Positions 20,835-33,300 of a DNA stretch of 64,000 bases are shown here, piece by piece. Source of the DNA: the human T2T-CHM13v2.0 reference genome, Homo sapiens; NCBI GenBank assembly GCA_009914755.4, contig CP086569.2, positions 25,024,001 through 25,088,000 of the forward strand. Direction: 5' to 3'. The translations under genes were made by a program, and so were the position numbers. The first letter of the stretch is position 1. Each line of letters starts with the position of its first letter. Under the pieces are notes generated by a model that had not been told where the DNA came from, searched no databases, and saw nothing but the letters and a program-made list of their open reading frames with translations.

Positions 20835-23800
20835 TCAATTGTTTTTTTTTTTGCAGTTATTTTGGAATACTTATTACAATGCATTATTATTTTGATGTTC
20901 TCAAGACAGATAACACAGTAAGAGTAGTAAGAAAAACCAAATAGCAAGTTATTATAAATTCATGGAATTAATTTCATCTGTCATTCTTTCTGTCTTTTAT
21001 TATTTAAAATGTGTACTGCTGAAATTATCAGACATTTTACTTGTGATTTCTAGGTGCAAAAAAGAATAACAGTAAACTATTATTGAATGAATCTCAGTCT
21101 TCCAATTGATTCTGATGTAGTGGACTGTTTTGTGAAGGATGAAAAGCTAACAGACCAAACAAATGTGATTTCAAATTTTGGCTTACTTTGCAGAAGCAGA
21201 TTTAAGAACCAGAAACTTCATAGTTCTAACCTTTGTCAATGATTCAGCATTGCAAAATATGTACTGAAATTGAAATGGAGCTTTTTGTGAATTCCAACAG
21301 AAACAGTTTGTACTCTAGAAATTCCTGTTGCTCCGTTGACATCCATGAAAAAATCACTTGATTGAAAGTGATCTCTAAACAGCAAAGCGTCAAACTAATA
21401 CACCACAATGTCTTATTAGCTACAGTTCACTATTTTATTTAGTAACTATAAGATTAGAAAAAAATAGCAGGATAAATGACTCTTGAGTACTCGCATAATT
21501 TTCTTAGTTTTTACCAAGTAGAGCTTACAGTACGTTTTTTACAATTGGTTTTCTGTGGCACAATACATAGATGCTTTTTGGCAGCAATCATAGATTAATG
21601 AACAAACAATTACAAAATAATACTCAACAACAATTGTCATCCAGGGAAGGCAAATTAAACTAAGAGTGAGAGCACTAACAGCTATAGTATGTCTGAATTT
21701 CTTTTTAAATATAATCAAAACTGCAGCAGAAAAACTCATTCATTACTGATGGAATGCATATTTGTATAGCAACATTAAAATATGATTGTTTTCTTCTGCC
21801 AGTTTGGCAGTTTTTTTCCAACGGTAAACATGGTCTCATCATATAGGCTAACAATTGCACACTAGGTATTTAGACAACTGATTTGGAAACTCGTCCCTAA
21901 ACAATAACCACAGGCATTTATGTGTAACTGCTCTCTTGACAATGGCCAAATACTTTAAGGAATCAGGATGCCCTTCAATATTAACCAGGCCAGGTAAATT
22001 CATAAAAGGAAATACTATTCATCAAAAGAAAGGAATGATTTATGAAGCCATGCAAAGCCATGGATGTATCAGGCATACATAAAGCTAAGTGATAAAAGCT
22101 GGTCTGAAGCGATGACATACTGTATGATTTCATTTCTATTACATAACAGAGAAGAAATGTCTACAGAGACAGTAAACAGACCTGTAATTTACAGTGGTTT
22201 GTAGCGGGTAGATAGTGAGTTGATTAGCAGAATGGAATGATGGAAAAAAGCACAAATGGGCCAGGTGAGAAGGGACTCATTATGCTTCATGAGATCATGC
22301 TGTTCGTGTAGAAGAGCTAGGAGTGTGTATACCAGCATGAATAAATAAATAGGATTCTACTCATGATAACAGAGAATTGTCTTCTTTCATCACACATGGA
22401 ACTATTAGGAGGACTTCTGAGGAAGCTTTTGTTGTATGTGGAAAAACATACATAAAAAATTTACCACTCCAAACATTATTGAGTGTATAGTTCAGTGGCA
22501 TTAACTATGCTCACATTGTGCAACCATCACCACCATTTCACAATCTCTTCAGCAGTGGATAAGGGTTCCAATTTATCCACAGTCTCAAACTTTTCCTTAA
22601 AAAAAAATAGACATTCTAATGGAGATAAAGTGGTTATCTCATTGTGGTTTAGGTATTCATGTATTAAGTGGCTAGTGATTTTGAACATCTTTTCTTGTGC
22701 TTATTGGCTGTGGATTTGTAAATGATTTCATAGCTATATTGAAGAATGAACACAAAATAAAAAATAGATCAATTGAACTTCATCAACACTAAACACTTTT
22801 GTGCATCAAAGGACACAGTATAGTGGAAAGAAATCTAACAGCATGGGACAAAATATTTGCAAGTCATATATATATAGTATATATTCAAGTCACCCATTTG
22901 GATCTTTTCCAAGTGCACTTTCCATTTTTTCTAACTCTAAAAATTTTAAGTAAGCATCCATGTTTGCTGTGAAACTTTTCTCAGCCTCTTTTGCTACTTT
23001 ATTCCCCTCAGTCAAATTCTTTCTTGTGAGGAGGCAAGAGTTGAGGTTAGTGCAGACCATGATAGATTTGATGCCAGTAACTAAGATACCTTCTACTAGT
23101 AACAAGTCAAGGAGCTGGTGGACAGTGTGACTGGAGTACGTGCTTAGTATGTGGCTGTACTGGCCGAGACAGTTCTGGACTGTGGAGGGACCAGAACCCC
23201 ATGCTAAGAGCACTCTGTGGAAAGAGAGCTCAGATTGCTGAGAGAATGCTGAGGAAGAAATTTTGTCTTTTTAGTGAGGTGAAATTCCTTCACATAATAT
23301 AAAATTAACTGTTTCTTAATGAATTCTTTAGTAATCCTTAGTACATGCACATTTGTGTGCAACTATCACCTTTTAGTTCCAAATTATTTTCATTATCCTA
23401 AAAAGAATTACCCTACCTATTAAGGAGCTAATATCCAATCTCTCCTCTTTCTGATACCTAGCAACCAGTAATCTGCTTTTTAGCTCTATAGATTTATTTA
23501 TTCTAAATATTTATATAAATAAAATCATGCAGTATGTGAGTTTTGTGTTCAGCTTCTTAAACCAAAATGATTTTGAATTTTCTTCACATTGTAGCATTAA
23601 TATTGTAATCCTTTTTACAGCTGAGTATTATGCCATTGTATGGACATACGATATTTCACCGCTAATTTTTTGTTGGTGGACATTTATTTGGTTTGTTTCC
23701 AGATTTTAGTTACTGTGCATGCTGCTATGAACATATGTATGCACGTTTTTGTTTGAATATCTGTTTTACATTTTGTGTGTATAGCTTGGAGTGGATTTTG

Positions 23801-25029
23801 TTGGTTCTATGGTAATTACATATTTAGCCTTTGATGAACTACCAAACTATTTTCCACAGCAGCTGTAGCATTTTACTTTCATATTTTCCCTTCCATTTCA
23901 ACCATTTCAATTGTTACCTTTTTGTTTGTTTGTTTTTTGCAATTATAATGGATGTGAAGTGGTATCTTCCTGTGGTTTTGACTTGCATTTCACCGAAGTT
24001 AAAATGGGCAGGAGGCATAAGAGTTGGAGGAGTAAGAAAAAGGGTCAGGACAGCCATGTGGAGAGGATAGGTCAGTGCCAGGGGACATACTGGCTGTTGC
24101 AGCCTTTGCCCGGTCTCAGCTCCAGTGGTGAAAGGAAAAGTGAGCCCATTTATGTAGTGTAAATTTTCTCACAGTCTATGTGTTTCAGGAAGGAGAGCTG
24201 ATTAGTGATTTGGGGGACTGAGCCCTCTCTTGTCATAGGTCCTCTATCATTCAGTCCTCACTGGGCACCTCCCTGGAGACAACCTGGTCTCAGCTCCCAG
24301 ACACAGGAGAACCTCATGGCCTGGGAGCCTGCCCCCTAATGGACAGAGGCCTGGAGGGAGGAGCACAGCTGATATGTGTTACAACAAAGAATGTAAAGTA
24401 CAGAAGTGGACACAACATTTAGTGCAGTCATCCCAGGCCACAGGAACCAGGATCACCACTCATGGGACTCAGTCTCCCTCTTTGAGAAAGGAACTGCCAC
24501 AACCATCAATCTCAACAGCCCTTCCAAGATTTAATAGACCAAACAAGTTGGAATTCAGCTGATTTTAAATTCTGCTGTCATTCCAGATCTCACACAACCC
24601 CTGCACCAGAGACTGGAGTCAGAGTCTGCAAGTTGCTTTCTTCTGCTGGTGCAGGAGAATGTGCCAAGTTAGTCTCCACTTGTGGCTGGTACACAGAGTG
24701 CTTGGCCACCAGCATTTAATTATTTCCACTATTACCTCTAAGGTTTACCAAAATGTTTGTGTGGTGTAAGCTGTCACTAAGTTCCCTTCCTTTGGGCCTT
24801 CCAGAGACTACTTTGAAACATTTGTCACTCTCAAAAACAAGCTACTGTGGATTTGGTCGGCTCTTGATTGACATTTAGAAAAGCTGTGGCCTCAGAAGGC
24901 AGCTTCCTTCCTGCTCCAAGTCCACTAGGCTGTACAATGAGCAATTAAGATGTCCCTGATCTCAGATCCAATAAGTTCTGGGTGCAATGTTCAGTCCTCC
25001 CTTCTGCAAACCACAGTGATGACATAATA

Positions 25030-28000
25030 CAGTACCCAGCTGCCCAGTGCCTTTTCTAACCCTGTAATTAATCATCACATTAACTTTGACCCACCCCTCT
25101 CCCTAATCATAACCCAGAATCCCTAACACTAACAGCAGCCCTAAGCCACAAACTTGATGCCAACATCAACCCTATGCCTAACTACTCACTAAAACCAAAA
25201 CCCCAAGTGAAATCCCAACTCAAAATCCCACTCTAACTGCTAAACCTGAATTTGACCCTGACCTTGATAATAACCCTAACACAAAGGTACCCCAACCATT
25301 ACATAAACCTGAACTTAAACACTGTCTAAAACCCTAATCCCAAAACCCTAACCCTAAGACAAAAACACTTACCATAAACAAAAAACCATATCTCCAAACT
25401 TTAAAAGCCCCTAACAACTAACCACAACCCCTATCACATAATCCTGACTTCTACCTCTGAAACCTGCCTTCTGAACATGAACATAACACTCACATTAAGT
25501 CTGATACTAATTTCTAACCTAAAACCTAAAATTCTTATTACAACCCTAAGCCTACATCTACCCCAAACCTAAACCTAGCTGTTACATAAAACCCAAACCC
25601 TAATCCTAACATTAATCTTTAGCCCAAACCTAACCCTACACCTAACCCTAACCCTTAACCCTAAGCCTAAGTACTAACATAAACTGTAGCCCTATTGTTT
25701 AACCCCAATCTGTACCCTAATGCCAACCCTAACACTAATTCTAACCAATAATTGTGATGCTGACTGTAATCATAATACTAAACATAACCTTAACTGCTTA
25801 ATATAAATTTAAACACTAACCATAACTATAACCTAAAGCATAAACTATACCTACCCTAACCATAACAATAACATTAAACAATAATTCTAAACTTAATCCT
25901 AATTCAAACACTGTGCCCTATCTATAACACCAACAGACCCACAACCAAATGCCCAGTGAAAACACAAACACTAACACTAAACTCGAACTCTAACACTAAC
26001 ACTGACACTAACCCTTAATGCTAATTCTATATCCTGAAGCTAACCCTAACCCTGAATTTTAACCCATACCCTCTAATCCTAAACCTAAAACTTACTCTGA
26101 TAATCTAAATTTAATCCTTAACCTAAATACTAACTCTAACACTTAACCCTAAAACTAACCTTGAAACCTTAACCCAAAGCCAATCTCTTATTTTTATAAG
26201 TAATCCTAGTGCTAACAATGAAACACTGAAGAAGTGAACCTAACCATAAGCTCAATACATAACCCTACTAATAACACCAATCCTAACTGTAAAGCATAAA
26301 ACTCAAACTTTAACACTAAAACTAACCTAACACTAAACCTATCACTAAAAATAAGTCTAAATGATAACTGTAAACCTAAAGCCTAAAACCTAAACATAAT
26401 CCTAATCCTAAACTATAAACTCTAATCATAACCCATAAACCTAACCATAAACCAAGAGCCTAATCCTAAATGCTAAACTAAACCTTAGACCCTAACTGTA
26501 ACACTAACACTGATGCTAATCCCTAACATTAATCCTAAATCCTAACACTAACTGAAACCCTATTCCTAATCCTTACCCCAAATTCTAACCCTAACTTCAA
26601 CCCTAACACCAAAACCAAATGTATGCCCTACCAGTAAGCCTAACCCTAACCCTAACACTAAACATAACCCTTACCACTAATCCTAACCATTTTACCCTTA
26701 ACTTAACTCTGCCCCTACATGAACACCAACACCAAACGTAAACATAAACCTTACCTTACACTAAGGAGATAATTCTAAGCCCAAATCCTAACCCTAATTA
26801 TAACACTAACCCTAAACAATATCCCAAACATTAGCCAAACCGTAAACCCTAACTCTAACACTAACACCTAATCCCAAGCCCTACTCTAACCCTAACACTA
26901 ACCCTAATCCTAATCTTTAAATGAACAATTTAACCATCATCTTAACCCTAACTGAACCACAAGCAGGTACCCAGTGTTAAACCATAAATGAACACTAAAC
27001 CCTAACCCTAAATTTTAACTCTAAACCAAACCTTTTAATCATAACCCTAACACTGAACATAACACTTACCCTAGTTTTCATCCTCATCCTGAATCCTAAA
27101 CCTTACCTTAAACCAAACCCTAATGCAAACCCTTACACTACCACCTACAACTAAACCTAATTCTAACTATAAAACCCTAAATCCCAAAAACACTGAAGGT
27201 AATTTTAACTACATTCCATAACTCTAACACTCACACTAAACACTACACCTAATGCCCTTATCCTAACAGTAAAGCTAACATAATTCTAATATAATCTTAA
27301 CCTTGGCACTAAACCTAAAAATAACTCTTACACTAAACACTGAACCTAATCATAACCTTAACCCTAAGTCATAAACCCTAAATCTTAACAGTAGCCCCAG
27401 CCCTAAACAAAGCCTTGTAACTCTAATTAAACCTAAACCCTAAACCTAAACCTAATCTTTGCCCCTAACTCTTGAAAAATCTTAATACTAATACTAACAA
27501 CCTTAATCGTGACCACCAACCTCAACCTCAATACAAACCCAGCCCTAACAGTCATGCTAAACCTAAATACAAAGCCCTAACTGTATGCCCAACACTAACA
27601 CTAACATCTAACCATAAATGTTGAACACTAACCTTAACAGTAACCCTAAACCCTAACCCTGAATCCTGAATCCTAACCCTAAACATAACCCTAGCCCTAT
27701 CCTAATGCTAAACACTAACCCAAACACGGAAACCCAACACTAATGCTCTAAACTTTACCCTCAAGCTAACCCTTAAAACTAACCCTAACCCTGGTCAAGA
27801 CCATAATTCCTAACTTTTAAATGTAAGCCTATTTTTTTTACCCTAAACCTAAGCATAACACAACCCCAAACCTAAACTCTAACCCTGATTATGAACCCTA
27901 ACCCTAAACTCAACCGTAAACCTAACCCATAAACCTAATGGTAACTGTAACTCCAACCCTAATCCTCCGGTAGCACTAAATCTTATCTCAGGTCCAGCCC

Positions 28001-28200
28001 TAACTCTTAATCTAATCCTGAACTTTTCTGCAATTGTAAACCGTATCATAATCCTCCATTTCTATCCTATCCTTAAGGTTACCCCATTATGCTTAAAAAA
28101 CTGTAAATACGTCCTCTATGACACTAATCTCTAACCCTTAATACCCATAAGAGTACAAGAAGTTATCATACCCCTTTCTAACCCTAAATCAGTATTGAAT
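25030..28200 (+). repeat. ~3.2 kb degenerate hexamer array derived from (CCCTAA)n, i.e. the C-strand of a TTAGGG telomeric repeat. Interstitial and highly diverged
   Basis: Continuous run such as aaccctaaccctaacactaaacataacccttaccactaatcctaacc, dominated by ccctaa, cctaac, actaac, cctaaa and similar variants. Strong G depletion on the + strand. No ORF in any frame. Confidence 0.8.
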
Positions 28201-28686
28201 TAAACTTACGATATCACTAGGAGAAAAAACTAAATGTTACTAAATCTGATAATTATAGACATCATAATGTTTAATCAAATAACAGTACATGGAATTTGTT
28301 ACATTGAGAAGACATTATACACCACAATGTTTAAGATCTTTTCTCAGAAAAGCAATTGTTTTTTTACCATTCTAATGCCATCCCTTTTCAATATATTATG
28401 TAAATCAAATGATGGAATACACCACGTTTGTCTCAACTTTTACCAAAAGTACTTAAAGACAGTCAACATATTTAACATATTTAACAATTAAAACATATTT
28501 AACAATTAAAAATCCAATAAAATGTGGTTCACATTTTTTTCACATGATAAAATGTCTTTATGAAAAACTCATAACAATCATCATCTAAATTTTTGGGAAC
28601 CAAAGCTTTCAGATGAGGAACACATCACTGATGCTCAACCGTATTAAACCCTGTACTAGAAGTTTCAGTGGAACAAGTATATATAT

Positions 28687-28691
<5 letters not shown>

Positions 28692-28721
<30 letters not shown>
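28692..28721. repeat. (CA)n microsatellite
   Basis: acacacacacacacacacacacacacacac. Confidence 0.95.
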
Positions 28722-28722
<1 letters not shown>

Positions 28723-28860
28723 CTATTCATATGTAAAAGAGAAAAGTAAAACTACTGACAGATCTCATACACAGAAAACCGTGAGGAACCAACCAGAAAT
28801 TATGAAATCTAGCAAACAAATTAAGCAAAATAACAGCACAAAATATCAACACAAAAAATA

Positions 28861-29147
28861 TTTTCTTTTTGATGGCGTTTTGCTCTCATTACCTACGCTG
28901 GAGTCCAAGAGCACTATCTCGCTCACCACGAATTCCATCTCCTGGGTTCTAGCGGTTCTCTCACATCAGCCTCCTGAGTATCTGGGATTCAGACAGGCCC
29001 TACCAAGCCCGGCTAATTTTGTATTTCTACTAGAGACTGGATTTCTCCATGCTGTCAGGCTGGTCTCCAACTCCTGACCTCAGGTGATGTGCCCACCTTG
29101 GCTTCCTTAAGTGCTGAGATTACAGGCATAAGCCATTGCACCTGGCC
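28861..29147 (-). mobile_element. Alu (antisense)
   Basis: ttttcttttgatggcgttttgctctcattacctacgctggagtccaagagcactatctcgctcaccac...cctcctgagtatctgggattcagacaggcc...gtgctgagattacaggcataagccattgcacctggcc. Confidence 0.9.
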
Positions 29148-30282
29148 ACAAAATCTATTTCTATTCACTAGCATTAAACCACATAAAAGTGAAATTAAGA
29201 CAACAATTTCATTTCTCAAAAAAACAGAAAGGTGAAACCTTTCCCACTGCCCTGGAAGCCACAGATGCAGGCAGCTGGGGGAGGGACAGCCTTGGAGTTG
29301 AGGCTGTGCTGCTACATTGGGACCTGGCTGCAGTGGCTGTGGGTCTAACAAGAAACTGTTCAAGTTTCTGAGAAATCAAAGTAGAATTACTTTAAAACGT
29401 AACAGATGAAGAAGAGAAAACTTCCAGTGCTTTTCAAAGCCCTAACCCCATGATGTCATATAAATATCTTTTGAGTCATAATTTTTTTATAAAAGAACAT
29501 GCACAAATATCAGCAATAATGAAACCCTTGTTGAGTGGCCCAAGTAATTTTGCTGAGAAGAAAATCATTGAGGTCAATGTGAGAGACATCCCTTCAAAAG
29601 TACTGCAAGGAGAGTGCACATATTTTACCTACACATATTAGTACATCCACAGCTCCACAGGGATTTTTAAATTCCCATTTCACCTGAAACTACACTAGAA
29701 CTTCTGATGGCTTTGAACTTTCTTGATTGTATGTAAATACAATTGATTGTTTATAAATACAATAGACTGATATAATAAAATAAATTATAATCAACTGGTA
29801 ACTCTTTTAAGTGTTTAAGACCTGTAGTTGAGTTTGTATTTTTTAGCAGATAGCACATTCCCTGTATGCAATGTAACTATAAAATTAATTGCTAACAAGG
29901 TTGTCTTCTGTACTTTTCATAACAGAGTTGAAATTTGTTTGCAATGTCAACAAATTAAGGACATTTTCACAAACTGAGAAATAAACATGGTAGTTCATAG
30001 GTGGTTTTCTTTACCTATGGATAAGACTTTTAAAATTAACAATGATCTAGAAAATGCTGAAAACTAGAAAAAATAAACATGTCCTACAGTTAAACAATTG
30101 GGCTAAGTGTTTTTATGTATTTAGTTGTTTGTTAATGAAACTATTTTGATGTTGTAGCTGTCAATAGCATTACTGGAGTTATGCAAATAATTGCATTATA
30201 TGTATGTTCAAAACTTTGCCAAAACATTGGCTTACTCTTACTGACCCTAACATAATAAATGTTTTATTAATGCCTATAAGTC

Positions 30283-30500
30283 AAGGCAGGCACATGACTT
30301 GAGCCCAGAGGTTTGAGGTGAACCCAGGCAACATGGCAAAACATTGTCTCCAAAAAAAAAAAAAAAAATTAGCCAGGTATTCTGGTTGAGGCTAAGGCAG
30401 AAAGATCAAAGGAGCCCAGGATTGAGAGGCTGCAGACTGCAGTGAGCCATGATGGAACAATTGCAGTCCATCTTTGACAAAAAAATGAGACACTGTCAAG
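30283..30500 (+). mobile_element. Alu, 5'-truncated
   Basis: gcccagaggtttgaggtgaacccaggcaacatggcaaaacattgtctccaaaaaaaa..attagccaggt...gagcccaggattgagaggctgcagactgcagtgagccatgatgg. Confidence 0.8.
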
Positions 30501-30552
30501 AAAGAAAGAAAGGAAGAAAGAGAGAAAGAGAGAAAGAGAAAGAGTGAAAGAG

Positions 30553-30619
<67 letters not shown>

Positions 30620-30625
30620 AAAAAT
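30497..30625. repeat. (AAAG)n/(GAAA)n microsatellite derived from the Alu tail
   Basis: aaagaaagaaaggaagaaagagagaaagag...(aaag)n~20. Confidence 0.95.
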
Positions 30626-30933
30626 ATGCGTTGAAATTTCTTAAGCCCTTTGATAAACTTCAGTATTGTTTAAATGTGTCCTGCCATTATTTTATTGTTA
30701 CAATTTAAGAAGTTTATTTAAAGACGATTTTGGAAGATTACCAGGTACACTTTCTTAAGAAGTAATTAAACTTTACCAAGATGGTCAATAAGTCAACTAT
30801 GCAACTTAGAGTTCTTGTGCATTAGGCCTTCTGGGAAACTCAAAGTACTATATTTTCACTGATTATAAAGCAAATCATCTTTTTCAACTTTCAAAACATA
30901 AAGAAAAACAACAACAACAAAAAAAAAAACAAC

Positions 30934-31085
30934 AGGCTGAGAGTGGTGGCTTACAACTGTAATTCCAGTACTTTGGGAGGCCAAGGTGGGGTGATTGCTC
31001 AAGCCAAACTGTTTGAAGCTGCAGTGAGCTATGACTGCACAACCACCTTGCCACCTGGGCAACAGGAAAGCAACAACAAAAAATC
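30934..31085 (+). mobile_element. Alu-derived ~150 bp element (monomer-like or internally deleted Alu)
   Basis: ggctgagagtggtggcttacaactgtaattccagtactttgggaggccaaggtggggtgattgctcaagcc...gcagtgagctatgactgcacaaccaccttgccacctgggcaacagg. Confidence 0.65.
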
Positions 31086-31129
31086 AATGATCATATTGTT
31101 TTCAAGACTAAATTTAACCAAGGTGGAAA

Positions 31130-32050
31130 AATTAGATATGAAAAATTACAAAATACTGCTGAAATAAATTCCAGAAACCCTAAATAAATGTAAAGATGCT
31201 CAATGTTTCTGGATTAGAAGATGATTTTTTATGTGACAATACTGCACAAAGCAATCTATAAATTTACTGGGATTCCTGTGAAAACACCAAAATCCTTTTG
31301 GTAGAAATGGGCAAGACAATTGTAACATTCATATAAATTTCAAGGGATCCTGAATAGCCAAATTGTTCTTGAAAACAAAAACCAACTTGGAGGCTCACAT
31401 TTCTCAATTTCAAATACTACCAATAAGCAGCAGTAATCAAAACAGCATAATAGTGGCATAAGTACACACACAGAGATCAATGGAACGGAATTTTAAATCC
31501 AACAATACCTCTATGGTCAATTGATTTTTGACATGTAGCCAAAATCAGTAAATAGAACAAATTGTGTGATACAACTGACTACCGCAAACAAAGAAATTGT
31601 TCTATTTTCTCACAATACAAATAAAATTAACTCAAAATAGTTCAAAGCCTATATATTAGAGGTAAAAACATAAACTGTAGAAGAAAACATAGGGATTAAT
31701 CTTCATAACCTTGGATTTAGCAGTGGGTTCTTAGATCTGATACCAAAAGCACAGGCAACTAAAGAATTTTCTGAAAATTAACATTTTTGTGCATCAAAAG
31801 ATACTATCAAGAAAGTGAAAAGACATGTTACAGAAAGGAAGATTTGTATGTTATGTATGTGACAACAGACTGTTATCCACAATATATGAAGAACTCACAT
31901 ACTTACACAACACAAATGACAAACAATCCAATTACAAAATTGAGAAATAGTTGAACACACACTTCAGCAGAAAGACATGCCTATGGAAAACAAGCACATA
32001 AAAAGATGAACAGTAAAATATATAAGTTTTATTCCATCAAGTGTTTCATA
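31130..32050 (+). mobile_element. old L1 (L1M/L1PB-like) ORF2 fragment
   Basis: The + strand translation is ORF2-like (..FVEMGKTIVTFI..ISRDPE.PKLFLK.KTNLEAH..), and gacatgcctatggaaaacaagcacataaaaagatg resembles L1 KRHMKKC. Many stops. Confidence 0.55.
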
Positions 32051-33039
32051 GATTAGCTTTTCTCATAGCCATGTGATTCTGTGTGGTAAAATTAGTCCTG
32101 TCCATCTCCACCTGAGGAGCAGCTAAGGTAACAATACTCCTGAAGTTTCCTTAGATGAGAAAAGAAACTATCTGCCAGGAAATAATATTCTGAAATGAAA
32201 ACTTTCCTGCTGGACTAGAGTTTCCAATAAAGGTAACAGTTTGTCCTTCAGCCTCCATGGGCCCAAAAGTTATCATCCAGCAGGAAGTAATAAGGGAAGT
32301 CATTAAGTTAATGGGGTACATGGATAAACAAATGCCCCAAGTCCCATACCAAAACTGTGACATAATTACATACCTTCACAGCATTTCAATATTTAAATAT
32401 TAATAAATCATCTGCTTAAATATCTAAGCTTACTTTATTTCCTTTACACTGTACCGCTAAGGAGATTTACAAATATTTATATGAATTGTCATGATGTGTG
32501 CTAGCATTTTTTTGTCATTTAAAAAATTGACAGATAGTCGTTTTTAATGTCATTTAAAAAATGATAGTCCATATACTGACGGACTACATAACATGTAAGT
32601 ATTTAAACCTAACAAAACCTGGAACTAATAACACACAGTTAGGGAAGATATCAAAGTAATAGTCTGTCTAATAAATTCTTCTGTAATTTCAAAAATTAAT
32701 TGTGTCATTTGTCTTCAGGACTGAGATTTTTTCTTTCCTTATGATTGCAAACACAGGCTTTCATTTCATTAACTATTATTTCCTTGATGTATCAATTGAG
32801 AGTGATCTCATCAATTATCTAACAAATAATGAATTTCTTTTTATCTTTAGAAACATCACATTATTAACTTTTCTACAGTTAGATAGCACAAGCTCTGACT
32901 TTAAAGTCTTAGCTGGACAAAGCCTTGGAAAATTAGATAAGGATGGGCACTGGGTGAACAGACTGAGAGATTACACATAAAATTCCTGAGACACCCAAGA
33001 GTCTGTGTCCCCACAATTGAAAGCAGACAAAAGTGCATC

Positions 33040-33300
33040 AGTTATTCTTTTACTTTATGATGATAGCCATTCCGACAGGTATGAGATGGTATCTCATTTT
33101 TCTTTCGATTTGCATTTCCTTAATTATCAATAATATTGAGTTTTTAAAAATAAGTTTGTTGGCCACCTGTGTGTCTTTCAAAAAGTGTCTGTTCACACTT
33201 CTCAAAATAAGTCATTTGTGCAGCCCACAGACATATGAATAAATGCTCATCATCACTGATCACTAGAGAAATGCAAACAACCAAGGCATGGTGGTTTGCC
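33040..33300. mobile_element. L1 ORF2 fold-back: antisense fragment 33040–33190 abutting a sense fragment 33190–33300 at the same L1 coordinate
   Basis: The + strand reads ..gatagccattccgacaggtatgagatggtatctcattttt..gcatttcc..aaaagtgtctgttcac (antisense of L1 ..gaacagacac..gagataccatctcacacc..). This is joined directly to acttctcaaaataagtcatttgtgcagc..aaatgctcatcatcactgatcactagagaaatgcaaa (sense L1 ..cacttctcaaaagaagacat..aaatgctcatcatcactggccatcagagaaatgcaaa..). Confidence 0.6.

Noticed and set aside
22450-22880. Possible old L1 3' UTR or other interspersed-repeat fragments (acattgtgcaaccatcaccaccatttc; ttgtgcatcaaaggacacagtatagtggaaag...gacaaaatatttgcaagtcatatat)
   Set aside because: These strings occur in several repeat families (L1 3' ends and others). 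I cannot assign family or boundaries without a library search.
25030-28200. Considered whether the periodic array could be a CRISPR-like, minisatellite or coding repeat
   Set aside because: The period is 6 with telomere-type units, there are no spacer-like unique segments, the array is G-depleted, and no ORF is present. A eukaryotic telomere-like simple repeat fits best.
28613-29077. 154-aa ORF containing THTHTHTHTH
   Set aside because: The ORF reads through the (CA)n microsatellite and into an antisense Alu. It is an artefact.
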